Position numbers and translations under genes: made by a program. Under the pieces are notes generated by a model. It did not search any database. It had not been told where the DNA came from and saw only the letters and a list, made by a program, of their open reading frames with translations. Below are positions 11,484-23,679 of a stretch of 64,000 nucleotides of DNA, piece after piece (the first letter of the stretch is position 1; every line of letters begins with the position of its first letter). The DNA is from Selaginella moellendorffii (Eukaryota; Plantae; Lycopodiophyta). The DNA is taken from positions 2,907,060 through 2,971,059 of the forward strand of contig NW_003314269.1 of NCBI RefSeq assembly GCF_000143415.4. The letters run 5' to 3'.

Positions 11484-13442
11484 TCAAATCGTTTTGTTTG
11501 CCAGCACCACAAACGCGGATCCAAAGTTTTGCTCCAGTACCGACTTGATCTCCACGGCGGTGTGCTTGAGGCTCCCGCGGCTGTTACAAGCACACAGCAA
11601 GCAAAGCCACTCCACCGCGGTAGCACGATACGGCATGGCCCTCACGAGTTCTTGCGCGTCGATCAAGTATCCCGCCCTGGCCAGCAAGTCCACCATGCAG
11701 CAGTAGTGGTGCTTTGTGTGGGAGATCCCAAAGTCTTCGTTCATCGACACAAAGCACTTCTTCCCGGCCAGAGTCCTGCCTTCTCGGCCGCAAGAAGCCA
11801 TGAGAGACACAAAGCAAACCTCGTCGACGCGAGGAGCCACCTCCAAGTTCATCTCCTCGAATGTGACAAACGCTTGGCTGGAGCGGCCATGGTAGCTGTA
11901 GAGTGCCACCATGGAGCTCCACGAAACCGAGCTCCGCTCCGGCATTTGATCGAAGAGTCTCTTTGCTTGAGCGGCGTGGCCCCTCTGTGCGTAGGCCGAG
12001 ATGGTTGTGTTCCAGGAGATTGTGTCCCGCTCAGGCATGTCCTCAAACATGCGCGCAAGCTCTTGGTGGAACCCGTTCTGTGCGTAAAGCTCCAGCATCG
12101 TGTTCCACGAGACGATGTTCCTGTGCCTCATCGCATCAAACATCCTCTTGGCGTCCTTCGCGAGCCCGGCTCTCGCGAACGCAATGAGCATGGAGTTCAG
12201 TGATGATAAGTTCCACACAGGTATGGAATCCAGCGCTGCCTTTGCGTCTTCCACTTGCCCGTTCTCCGCAAAAGCCGCCACCATCGTCGTCCACGAGACC
12301 AAGTCCCTGCATGGCATACCGCCGAACAGGAGCTTCGTGTCGTGCAAGAGCCCATGATGAGCAGTCGCGGCTAGCATGGTGTTCCAGGAAATCAAGTCCC
12401 TCAGTAGCATCGAGTCGAAAATCTCTCTAGCACGATCAAAGTCTCCGTTTTGCTCGTAAGCAGCGAGCATGGAGTTCCACGAGACGAGACTAAACTCCGG
12501 CATTGTCTCGAAGGTCTGCCGTGCCAGAGCAATCTGCCCGCTTTGAGCGAACGCTGTAAGAAGAGAAGTCCAGGAGAACACATCCCGCTGGAACATCTCG
12601 TCAAACAAGCGCTTGGCCTCCTCCAAGTTTCCATTCTGTCCGTACATGCTTATCATCGAGTTCCAGGAAAAAAGGCTCCACTCCGGCATTGCATCGAACA
12701 CTTGTTTGGCCTGCTCGACGAGGCCCATCCCTGCATTCGCCGCTACGACACAGGACCACGCCACCAAATCTCGCAAGGGCATCGCCTCAAACATCTTCAT
12801 TACTTCATGGACGTGTCCCTGTTGAGCATGTAAACCTAGCATCGTCGTCCACGCAAATAAATCCGGCTCTGGCATCTGGGAGAAGAGTTCCACCGCTTGC
12901 TCGGTCTGTGCGTTTCGCGAATACCCGCTGAGCATTGCCGTAAAGGAAACAAGGTTCCAAACTGGCATTTGATCAAAGATCTCTCTCGCCTGGTCCACAT
13001 ATCCACAGCGGGCATAAGCCGTCAGCATGGACGTCCACGAAACCAAATCCCTGTGAGGCAGCTCGTCGAAGATCTTCTTCGCTTTGCCGATACGCCCAGC
13101 TCGGGCATACGCATTTAGCATTGCTGTCCAAGACTCCGGCGTCTTCCGTGGCATCTGATCGAACACGCGCTGTGCCTCCTCCATATGCCCGTTTCGGGCA
13201 CAAGCCACCAGCATTACCACCCAAGTGAAGCCGTCCTTCTCTCTGACGTCGTTGAAAGCCCTCCGAGCGCCATCTAGGCTTCCAAGCTTGCCATACTGCT
13301 CGATCAGCCTGTTGTAGATTACTGTGTCGGGAGCTCCCAAGGATGACCTAATGCGAGAGTCAGTTTCCTGAAGCATGGAAACCTCCTTGCAGCCCTGTAT
13401 AAGGTGCAACCACTGGTACGTATCCATTCTCGAACCTGTCAT
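11484..13442 (-). CDS. PLS-class PPR protein (15 x 31-aa S/SS repeats, P2-L2-S2-E1, truncated E2, no DYW)
   Basis: 652-aa intronless ORF with regular 31-aa repeats, then HYCCMVDLLARAG, WLCLLCAC and AFVVLAN. Confidence 0.95.
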   Translation of the reverse strand: MTGSRMDTYQWLHLIQGCKEVSMLQETDSRIRSSLGAPDTVIYNRLIEQYGKLGSLDGARRAFNDVREKDGFTWVVMLVACARNGHMEEAQRVFDQMPRKTPESWTAMLNAYARAGRIGKAKKIFDELPHRDLVSWTSMLTAYARCGYVDQAREIFDQMPVWNLVSFTAMLSGYSRNAQTEQAVELFSQMPEPDLFAWTTMLGLHAQQGHVHEVMKMFEAMPLRDLVAWSCVVAANAGMGLVEQAKQVFDAMPEWSLFSWNSMISMYGQNGNLEEAKRLFDEMFQRDVFSWTSLLTAFAQSGQIALARQTFETMPEFSLVSWNSMLAAYEQNGDFDRAREIFDSMLLRDLISWNTMLAATAHHGLLHDTKLLFGGMPCRDLVSWTTMVAAFAENGQVEDAKAALDSIPVWNLSSLNSMLIAFARAGLAKDAKRMFDAMRHRNIVSWNTMLELYAQNGFHQELARMFEDMPERDTISWNTTISAYAQRGHAAQAKRLFDQMPERSSVSWSSMVALYSYHGRSSQAFVTFEEMNLEVAPRVDEVCFVSLMASCGREGRTLAGKKCFVSMNEDFGISHTKHHYCCMVDLLARAGYLIDAQELVRAMPYRATAVEWLCLLCACNSRGSLKHTAVEIKSVLEQNFGSAFVVLANKTI

Positions 13443-13699
13443 TTTTGTACAGACATTTCTGGGTCTAAAAAGAAATAGTCAACGGTCAACTTTTTGGTTT
13501 TAAGCCACGCGAAAAGGTTGCAACCGCATAAATTTAGGGCAGATAACCCTATTTTTATTTGAACGGATGACAAGCATTTTTATTTTGAAATTGACAAGCG
13601 GGAAACGTTGCAACCACCAATCAAAAGCATACAGTGTACATTGGGTTGGAACTAGATTTATTTAGAAAGGAAGCAGAAAGGAAGGGGGAGATATTCAAA

Positions 13700-14248
13700 C
13701 TAGCATGGTTCCTCGGGTGGTGGAGCAGCAGGCTCCAGGATTTGGCTTTCAGGGGGATGGTGGCGATGGTAGTATTTCCTCTTGACCAAGAAACCCAGGC
13801 ACAGTGCGGCCAAGAGAGCACCACAAACCGCTCCCGCAGCAATGCCACCTTTTTGTCCACGACTGAGCCCGTGATCGCCACCATAGCCACTCGAAGTCGT
13901 GCTGAATGGATTCAGAAATGGAGACGCTGGTGATGGCGATGGAGCCGGAACTGGAGATGGCGATGGAGATGGCGATGGAGATGGCGATGGAGGAGATCGT
14001 GGCGGAGGTAGTGGGGGATCGAGTGGCGGAGCTGGATGAGGCGAATATGGCGGATAAGCGGGGCAGACGCACGGCGGAGGCGGAGGACAGTGTTTTGGCG
14101 GACGTGGCGGCGGCGGCGATGGATAGATGAGAGGCGAGGCTGTGAGTGGAGCTGGGAGCTGGACAAGAAGAACGACGAGCAGCGCAGGGACGAGGTGTCC
14201 TAGAACCCGAAGACGAAGAGGAGGAAGACGAACAATTGGCCCGGCCAT
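13700..14248 (-). CDS. Proline-rich (extensin/AGP-like) single-pass membrane protein
   Basis: Signal-peptide-like LVPALLVVLLV, SPPPP/PSPSPS tracts, LSRGQKGGIAAGAVCGALLAALCLGFLV TM helix followed by KRK. The ATG at 14248 was chosen as start. Confidence 0.75.
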   Translation of the reverse strand: MAGPIVRLPPLRLRVLGHLVPALLVVLLVQLPAPLTASPLIYPSPPPPRPPKHCPPPPPCVCPAYPPYSPHPAPPLDPPLPPPRSPPSPSPSPSPSPSPVPAPSPSPASPFLNPFSTTSSGYGGDHGLSRGQKGGIAAGAVCGALLAALCLGFLVKRKYYHRHHPPESQILEPAAPPPEEPC

Positions 14249-14862
14249 TCCATCCTTCCAGCTTCTCCGCGTGTTATCCTTGGACCTTCTCTTCATTCTT
14301 CCTCTTCCACGTTGGTTCTCCTCCACTGCGAAACGCTCACCTCTCTTTATCTCTGGTCGATCAGCTGGAACACATCTCCCTGTTATCTCGTCTCCTCCCA
14401 AAAGCCAGCATTTAAGTACGCCAGGAAAGCTTGCTTGCGCCGGGGCGAGCGGAAAAAAATGGTAAGATATCCCCAACTTGCAGCTCGTGTCACTGTCAAC
14501 TTGCATAGCTCGTGCTCGTTCGCGTCCCTGCAATGCCAAAACACCTCACAGCTGAGTACGACCGAAGGAATGAAAACTCTGACCATTTGATGAGTAGAAT
14601 CCAAGTATCACTGTTCAAAACGTAAGCCTTTGCTCGTGCAAAGGAAAACTTCTGTTCTTCTCACGTATAATAAAAGCGCATACAGCGAACTCCCCGCTTT
14701 AGCTACAGGAGAGGTCAGCACATGAATAATCGAGCTGACTAAATCCTCTACGCACGAAATGGAACGAATACTATACAAGATTCTCTCGCTCTCTCTCTCT
14801 CTCTCGGACTAACCGTGTCGCGTAGCTTTCGTTGCGTGTTGTGTGAGTTGTATGTTCCCCTC

Positions 14863-17800
14863 CTAGTGTGTGCTCTTGTCCTGGTTGGATTTCTTCCCTT
14901 TCCTACCCGCGAGAATGCGTGAGATTTGGAGACCCCTGCTGAACGCTTGGTTGAAGAGCAAGCGCGTCTGGAACTCCGAGACGAAGGGAAACCACGCCAG
15001 GACTGCTACCGGTGCGAAGAGCACAAGGCCCATGACAAACTCGTAGGTCCGCGCCAGAGCCCGGATAGAATCCCAAAAGCCGAGCTTGACAATCACTGGC
15101 CTGCTTGCCATGAAAATCTGGGAGAGGTCAAACAACACATGAGAAGTCAGTGTCTAACAATCGAAACAGTTAAATGCCGTCTTACCAACAGAAGTGCCCA
15201 GCCAGTTGGCATGAACGCCAGAATGCTCGCGAAGATGTCTCCAACAGTGAGGCCCACCACCACGAACAGAACAACAATGATCGAAAGAAATCCAATGAAG
15301 AGCAGGGCTTTCAGCAGACGAAACATGAGCTGGAAATCCCCGCTAAATCTCTTCCTTCCCATGGACACAATCTAGGACAGAAGAAAACAAATGAGCACAA
15401 ATCCCGTAGACTATAAAAATGTGTCGCTTACCTTCAACACCGTAAGAACAGCCACAATCACCAGCCAGGACAGACCATATATCTGCAGTTCGAAGGAAGT
15501 CAGCCATATTAAAAACAAAGTGGACACCAGACAGCCGGAAACTTACTGTAATGCTTTTTGACCCGCCTGTAACGTGCAGTTGATAGACGAGGCCATACTG
15601 ATAGAGAAAGAATCGAAGTGCCAAGATGATCTCCAAAATTCTCCCTTCAATGCCCGTGTGATTAAGATACTCCTGCTCTTCCTCCCACCAGGACTCCCAG
15701 CTTTTAGTTGCCGAAACACCGAGGCCGCCTTTACTGTTGATCCACTTATTCCAGTCTTCCCAGTCTTCCACGATCTTTTGCCACTCGAAGCCCGATGGAT
15801 TAAACAAGAATGGAGCAAACAGCCAAGTTGCAACCAGGAACCACATGGAAAACGTGACGATCAGATACGCTACTGTGCCTTTGGCCGACGAACCGTAAAC
15901 GTTGTAGACAATAAGCAGCATCAGTAACTCCAAGCCTTTAGTGAAGTGGCTCCTCGAGTATAATCTGTAGTTTTCGGCAAACTTCTCGTGACGAACAACG
16001 AAAAACCTTCCTGTGCCCCGGTACTTCGCGCCGCCGTGAAGGATAGTTCGGCCATAGTAATGAGTCTTCGTGCCAAGGGAGAATGTGAAGAAAACCGGGG
16101 CGAGCTGCAGCTGCATGACAATGAAGTCACTGAACGCACTTCGGAATCCCCGTTCGAGTCCAAGTTCCATCACCATTGGCAAAGCCATCAGCGCACCTAG
16201 CTGCACCAGCGACTGAGAAGCCAAAGCTGCTTGGAGAGGAATGTCGTTATTCAAGTCCGCACTCTGCATCAGGGATTTTTCCATCCCGCTTACTGCTAGA
16301 TACAGCCTCCCGTACAAAAAGACGTACACTGTGAAGACAACCAGCTGCAAGAACAATTCAGATACCCACGAATAAAGAGAACTGGAGCCTTACCAAAGTG
16401 CTGTAGTAGAATCCCACGGTTGTGAAGTAGCAGGACATCATTCGAAAGAAATCAAATCGATGTCCTAATCGGTAAACATCTCTGCTTAAAGTTTGCTCTC
16501 CATTCCCGTTAGCCACCTTAGCTTCAAAAAGCGAAATCTGGTTCAGTCCAACGTCCCTTCCTTTTCCAACTTGTATGTACTCATGATGAGTCACATTGCC
16601 TTGACGCAAAGTGGAGTTGAAACCTAAACAGATGAAGATCAGAAACGGATAAGTTAAAAAACAGACATAAAACCTGCAAAAATGTCTTCGCTCAAATTTA
16701 TAACGCGTGAGGCTTTGCTGATTCCACCCCGTGTGATATGAAATAATCGATCAAAAACGTCAGGATGACCGTAGTGGAAACGAACTCTGCAAGCACCACC
16801 GAATCACAAAACAGATCGAACAGAAGTTTGGAATCCTACTTCAATGGATTTGCGAGCACTCGTTGTCCAATAGTGACGAAGCTTGTCTCCTGGTTGGACA
16901 TGAACCACGCAAGCGACGAGACACTGTTTAAGTGACAAAAAATTTGGAGTCCGATCCATGTTTAACAGTTGACTGTTACACTGTTACCTGCCAGTGAAAA
17001 TGTGCTCCCGCACGCCGAGAATTGTCGGTGGACGAACACCATGATTTTTGCGAAATTCGGATAAGAGATTTCTCATCTTAAACGCTTCTTCTAGGTAATT
17101 GTCCTGAACATAAATTTACATGGATTTAGCTCATTTAACAAAAATCCTGAGATTACCTGGTTCATGTCAATCGTTTGAAGAGCTTCCCCCCGCGTAAAAA
17201 TAATAGCATGATTTTGATTTTCGGGTTTACCCTCCCCTAGTTTCACAGGTCCAGGAAGCTTTATACGATAGATTTCCTGAAGCCAAAAACGTGTGAGAGA
17301 CAGATTGTAAACAAAAAAACACCTTACCTGGTCAAGCTTATTTACAGCTTTCACAAGAACAGAATAGTAGACTTTCTTTATCTTATCTTTCTCTCTTTGT
17401 TCCACTTCATCAATATATGCAACTCGCAATGACGGATGCCTGCATTTTGATCGCGGTCAGAAAACCCAATCAAAGTAGAACATTGGAAGACGTACTTAAT
17501 CATCAGATTTAAGATATCTGTCGCACGCGTATCACTCGATCGCTTCTGAACACCATAGCTTTGGCAGGTTGCTACATACGTGAACTTCATGTCCGCTATT
17601 GCTTGCAATTGAGCCCACAGTGACCTTTGGCTTCGCTTCGCTTCTTCAGAAGAGTTGGCGACCACTTTGTATCCTTCAAGAATTTCTGCCAGCAAGCTGC
17701 TTAAATACAAAATATATGTAATAAAACTTATACCTTGACTAGACGCCATATCTAAAAATGCTTGTAGTTCGAGTGCCCTGCGGTAGTACATCATCCCCCG

Positions 17801-20800
17801 AACTACATACAAAACACGTAGGAAAAGATGCATAAGAACATGTCAAATTACCTGTTCTTGAGAGTGTTTGTCCCCTAAAAGATGCCCATTTTCTAAGTTC
17901 CAATGTGTGCTGTTCGTTATGCCCAATATCACTCTCGGACTCGCAATCGATACGCTCCAAGAAGTTATCCCACTCATCTGATTACTTCGTTACTGATTTG
18001 CAATCAAAACAAAATATGACAAAAACTAACCTGGAAATATCTTTTGCAGATAGAAGAGGATAGAAACGCCATCTTCATTTTCTTCATGCAGCTGCTCCTT
18101 TGTAAATACAATCTCCTCAGCATAGTAAGGCGTCAAAACGCTGTTAAAACAATCAAAACCGCACATAACAAAAATTTCAAGAGAAAAAAAATTTACCTGA
18201 AGGAAAGCATATTTCGAACTGGTGGAGCCTCTGGCATTTTCATGAATAAAGAATTCGTGAAAAATGTAAGACGTCGACGAGCTTCCAAGTTTGTCGGTAC
18301 GTCCATCGCAGTTTCCTTGACAGTGAGCAGCAAATGCAGCCTCTTAATCTGCAAAATGTAGGCAGTAAGACAACGTGAAGCATCAAATTAAACTGCGTCT
18401 GAACCTGTTCAACCCAGGCAGGGGTATCGGGTGGCGGGTATCGTATAGTTTTGATGTCGAACAAGTCAATCTGCCGGTTAGCTGGATCGACTGGAACTGC
18501 AGTTTTGTTTTCCTTATTAGCAATACGCTCCTCGATTTCTTCCCTGAAAGTGTTGCACTTGTGTAAGTTACCAAACTAGCGATCAAGCTTTACCATAAAT
18601 CCTCCACGATCATATCTTTCGATACCACTTCATACATGTCTTGTAGCAACACACTCACGCTATGTCGTGACTCAGGACTTGGATTCAGCTATGAAGAAAA
18701 CAAATATAGCATCAGTTTCTGAATTTTAAAACACAACCTTACCAGATGCTCTATAAGCGTAACGAACTTATCATTGAGTGCGCGTAATGCACTCATTTTA
18801 AAATTAAGACGTAGGGTGTTTTCATTGATGCTCTTGTCAACCTCGTCAAAAACTTCATCGATAACCCTGCAAATAACAATTAAGAACATGAAACCAAAAA
18901 ATCTGCAACGCATACGTTTTCTCACGGGTGTGAGGTGCGATCAGAGTATTCAAGACCAGTTTAAACGCACTATAGCATTCTGTAACGGCAGAACGCATAT
19001 AATCGTCTGATAGCTGCAATCCATCCTTCTTTTTAGCATGCTCCGCCATTTGTATGGCTACTGGGATCTACAAGAAGCTTTCAATGTTAGAAGTAGAAAC
19101 AGATTGGAAATTCCTACCTTACTAGCCAAGAGAAATGGAGGCCACTGCTTTACATTCATATTTGAAGCGGAATATGGCACAAGCATCAGATCCATGTCCC
19201 TGCAATATCTGGTTAAGTAAAGACATCATAAAAGGCACAGAAATACTTGTTGCTAATGAGGTCTTCTTCCCGAAAGCTGGTGATAACTTCATTCCACAGC
19301 TGTGCGAACTTGGCAAATGCCTCTTGCTCTACACTAGCCTGAATCAGAGAAAGCATCAGTTGCGACTACAGTATTCGCGGCTGTTCACCTGGCGATCCTT
19401 CGGCACTAGATTGCGGTTAAAAGTTTCTGGTAAAGACTGAAACCGGGATCTCAACATGCCGAGCGTTCGAATCTACAAAACTAGCGCAGATCAGAACGAA
19501 AAGATAAATTGGACTTATAATTACCTCTCCTAAACGCCTAAAGGCTCCTGATATACCTCCAAACAGTGTGGAATACACAGAATACCACAATTGCGTATCC
19601 ATGAAGTAAATCTGAAGAAGAAAGTTAAAACATACGGATTCTCATAACAGAGATGCGAAGTTTACCAGCAAGACAGGTACCCAGACAGAAATCACAGCAC
19701 CGATATTCTTTTTCGCTGCAAAAGTAAACATGAAGGATCGTAAACATCGAGAAAGCATTACCATTAGGAAAAAATTCATGCCATGTATAAGTAATGTTTC
19801 TGGTGTTCATTATGTTCTTTGTAGGCTTCACCAAAGGATTTATCTGATAGATATATGACAAAAAAAAAAAGAAAAAGAAATGAAAGGTTTGAGAAAAATA
19901 AATAAATAAATCGAAAGATGCAAACCTGCACGTAATAGCTGAATGCCAGCTTACTACAAATTAACAGAACCCAAAAGAAGGTATATCTGCAACCAAAATT
20001 GAATTATCTACATCAAACAAAACATAAGCCTTACTTGAAGAGCGTAAACTGCCCCTCGTGCATTCCACGTCCGACGTAGAGGCGCGGCTGTACCATATTA
20101 CAAGCTTACATAAGTCAAATGAAAAAGCAAAATTACCTGTGACCACCAAAGCAAGAAACGAATGATTCGCCAGTTAGAATTTTCTATCCATCGTCGTATA
20201 GCGGGAAATATAAAGAAGAACGCGCCTATAACGTTGGGAAGTACATACACGATGACAGCAGCAATATAGAGCGAAGGATTCTTCCACCTGTGCCCCAGCC
20301 AGCGTCGTATAATCCCAATCAAACCCCTGGGACTCTCCCACGTATGGACGTAGAGAACCGAAAGGACAACCACCCATGCAGCAGAAACCACAAGCTTTAT
20401 GAACAGCCGCAACGTGCTTGTAAATCTCATACTGTGATAAGCTTTATAGCTGAATATAACATCCAATACACCTGAGAGAACCCGAATGTGTTGGAAGCTA
20501 GCACGCGGAACTTCATACCTTGCAGGAAGCGAAGAACCGCGGCAGTTATAAAAATGCTGGAGACTTGTTTCAGTGTGTCTCCGCGAACGATGTCAGAAGG
20601 AGAGCCAGTTCCAGACCAAGAGATAATGATCATCACCTATAACAACAATATCTCTTGTAAATTGTAAGTGATTCGGACAAGTAATTACCTGAAGGGCCAA
20701 GATGAAGAATGTCCACATGCGATCGAAACTCCTGAATATGTGCCAAAATGAACGTATTTCCACAAAGCCTGTCTTATTTAAACGCCGAGATAATCGCTTC

Positions 20801-22788
20801 CCAGATGTCCCCTGCCAAATAAAAAGCTTACAAAATTATTGAAATAATGAAACTGGAGCTTACCTTGACAATCTTTCTAGCAGGTGGCACAAAAAAATCT
20901 GCATCTGCTCGCATCGGCCAACCCAATCGAAAACACTCGGCAGACCTGGCATTTACAAGATGGCTAAAACGTCTTTCCACAAACACCAAAATACCAGAAG
21001 TATTCATTCAAGTCATCATAGTTGCGCCATGCCGAATGAGGAGCTGTTCCGTTCTTATTGTTTCTCGCTTCCTTTAAAGGCAAGGTCATTGTATCTTCTT
21101 CGAGAAACTAATCACGCACCTTCTCAATGATATCGTAAATGGGTGTTACAACTTTCCGTAGGAAAGACTCTTCGTCACCACCGTAAGCAGGCTTGATATA
21201 CTCGCCAGTGACAAAGCTGACATTTCCGGCTAGCATGCCATGCAACTCCAACGCCATCTGCAGTGTCTCCATGAGCGCATTCCTAAACGGCTTGCAAAGT
21301 GACTTACATTGTGATAGATATAGCAAAGGCATTCGGGCATGAAACGGAGATTGGCGGCTTCACCCCAAATCAAAAGAAACAAGCCCATGTACAAAAGCTT
21401 TCGCTGCTGCGCTTCCTGTGGAACTTCGGGTAACCTGCGTAATCAATCAAGTATGCTTCAAGGAGCAAGGTTAGCTTTAGGAAACTTACACTAGGCTGCT
21501 TTTACGGCCTAAGAACTTGCACCAATCCTTGTAGTTCTTAAAAAGCTTCAAGAAAACTTCATTGAGAGCTCGATCATCCAGCTAACAAAAATTGCCCGAG
21601 TTAACATTCATACTCTCATCAGAAAAAAACACTACCTAGCTTACCTTGGATGATGTGGATTCCGACTTTTGCGAATTTCTCACGTGTGAATTTCCAAGAA
21701 CTAAAATAAGATGCTCTCTTTGATTGGCCACGCTGTCTTTCTGATATGCGCAAATCAAGTGCCCGCCAACAAGCAAGAAAATTATTTCAATTACCTGAAA
21801 CCCAAACATTTGCTGGAGCCAATCGAGAATGTCGACCTCAGCTGACTTGTTCGGCTGATGCTCTAAAGCAGCTGGGAAAGGTAAGCCTCGAATATTTCTC
21901 AAAGCATCGACAGCTGCTTTTATCTAAGAACAAAAACGTAAGAGCCTTCGACGGAAAAGACGAGTGAACTAAAGCACCTCTGGCAACTGCATTATAGCTT
22001 GCGATGCGCCAGCGGCATCCAGAGGAAGAATGTTGTACGGCGCGTAGATGTCCTTTTTTTCTTTGACATCTTCACCCAAAGCTATGATCTGGAAACCTGG
22101 AGTTAGTACCAGCACTTGAAGAAAGTAGCATGCACTCACTTCGGGAGCAACTTCCTCAGTTTTGTTGACAGCACAGAGTACTTCAAAAAGAACTCCGGCA
22201 GTTTGATACGCCTTGGCAAGTTTAGCACTGGAGACACACAAAGCATTCCAATAGGCTGGCAGATTAAGATCGAGCAGAAAGTACCGGTCACTTTGATCAA
22301 TCTTGTCGAGGGCTTTGACATATTTCTCGTAGTACTGCTGGTAGTAATACTGGATCTCCTTTGCATCGCTTCTTTTAACCCGTTGAGCGAGTGACGAAGC
22401 ATTGTCCTGAAAGAAATATCGGACTCATCAGGCCCGAAAGTGACACTGGTAGAAAACGAACGCTCACCTTTTCCAGTCGCTGCAAGAGTGCTGTCTTGAA
22501 CTGACGAACACCTCTGCCACTGGAGGTAGGATCCAGTCGGTGCGCCTTCTCAAAAGCATAGAATCGACCTAGCAGCGGAGATACAGTGTCAAATAGCGCC
22601 GTGATGCTCTATCGGATGAACTTACAAAGATAAGCCACGCGTGGCCGCTCCTGTTCCACATCGTTCGCGACTCGCAGGATCGAAGCAATTGAGGCGAGCG
22701 ACGACGGTACGACTTCGCTGTCAAGAACCTCGCCGCTCGTGTGCGTGCCGGAGAGGCGCCGCCCGGCGTCTCCTCTCGACGTTGCCAT
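14863..22788 (-). CDS. CALS5-like: Callose synthase (1,3-beta-glucan synthase, GT48), CalS5/GSL2-like, multi-exon
   Basis: Motifs in order across many short-intron exons: [112 protein letters not shown]. Confidence 0.96.
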
Positions 22789-23237
22789 TGCGAAATATTT
22801 TTCCGCTAGCCTCGAATCGGCCAGATGCGCGCGTCGGTCACCTGCATTGCTAGGCGGAGCTGATCCAAGACAGTGATCATCCGCATCGCCGCATTGCAAT
22901 CGCGCCCTGGGCGCTGCGACAGACCTAAAACCCTAGCTAGCGCCTTGAGAGAAAGAGAGGGAGAAAGAAAGAAAGAAACAAGACAAAGAAAGAAAGGAAT
23001 GTAGGGTTATTTGGCCTTCCCACTTTATCAGCCATGCATGGCGCCCCATTTGCCGCCCGGCCAAACGCATAAAAAGTGCTCCAGAGGGAGCCCAAAAGCT
23101 GACGTGGCATGCCTTTCGCGTGTGGGGGTAGAAAAAAGAGAGATTTCCATAAATTTTACTCTTACAACACACAGGCGTGAGGAGTTCGTGTGTGTTTTTT
23201 TAAAAGGCTGCCGCGATGCGTGTTTTCTAACCATACG

Positions 23238-23572
23238 TCAAAAAGAATGCCATGGAGATCTTGAAAATTTACCCATTCTTTGCCCGGTTAAATCGGCTTT
23301 CTTGGTCACGTAGATGTAAGAACCTCCCACTCCAAAAATTACCGCGACGACTATAACAAACGCGATTCCCACTCTTACCCCTTCGTTCACACGGCTTTGG
23401 AGATGATCCATCGTCTTGATTTTCATTCGCCCTTGCCATTTTGGAGAGGAAGATGAAAATCTCCAGCGGGAGATGGAAGAAGATTAGTTACCGGAGGAGA
23501 GAGAGCTTGGAATTGCTGGGCGATGCATAGCTCCAAGTTAAAGAGCGCCACGATCACGAGAACTAAAACCAT
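23238..23572 (-). pseudogene. Frameshifted paralog of the AGP-like TM protein at 36770-37348
   Basis: ATG 23572 gives MVLVLVIVALFNLELCIAQQFQALSP (cf. LQLCSAQQ..SLSP). A second frame gives NENQDDGSSP (cf. DENEDRERSP). A third gives VNEGVRVGIAFVIVVAVIFGVGGSYIYVTKKA (cf. INEGVIRAGIALVVIVGVVFGVAGSYVYVTKRA). Confidence 0.7.
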
Positions 23573-23679
23573 AGCTATCGATCAACTCGTGGATGGATAG
23601 CTAGAGGGAAAATTCGACTGATATCCGCCCACCCTCCAAGACCGTTAAAACCCTCAATCCCTAATTAGGGTTCCTGGCG

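Noticed and set aside
9688-13442. 93-bp periodicity as a possible CRISPR-like or satellite array
   Set aside because: Fully explained by 31-aa PPR repeats; there are no identical repeats with unique spacers.
14249-14539. Long N-terminal extension of the proline-rich ORF
   Set aside because: It has a non-ATG start, and the signal peptide begins only after ATG 14248.
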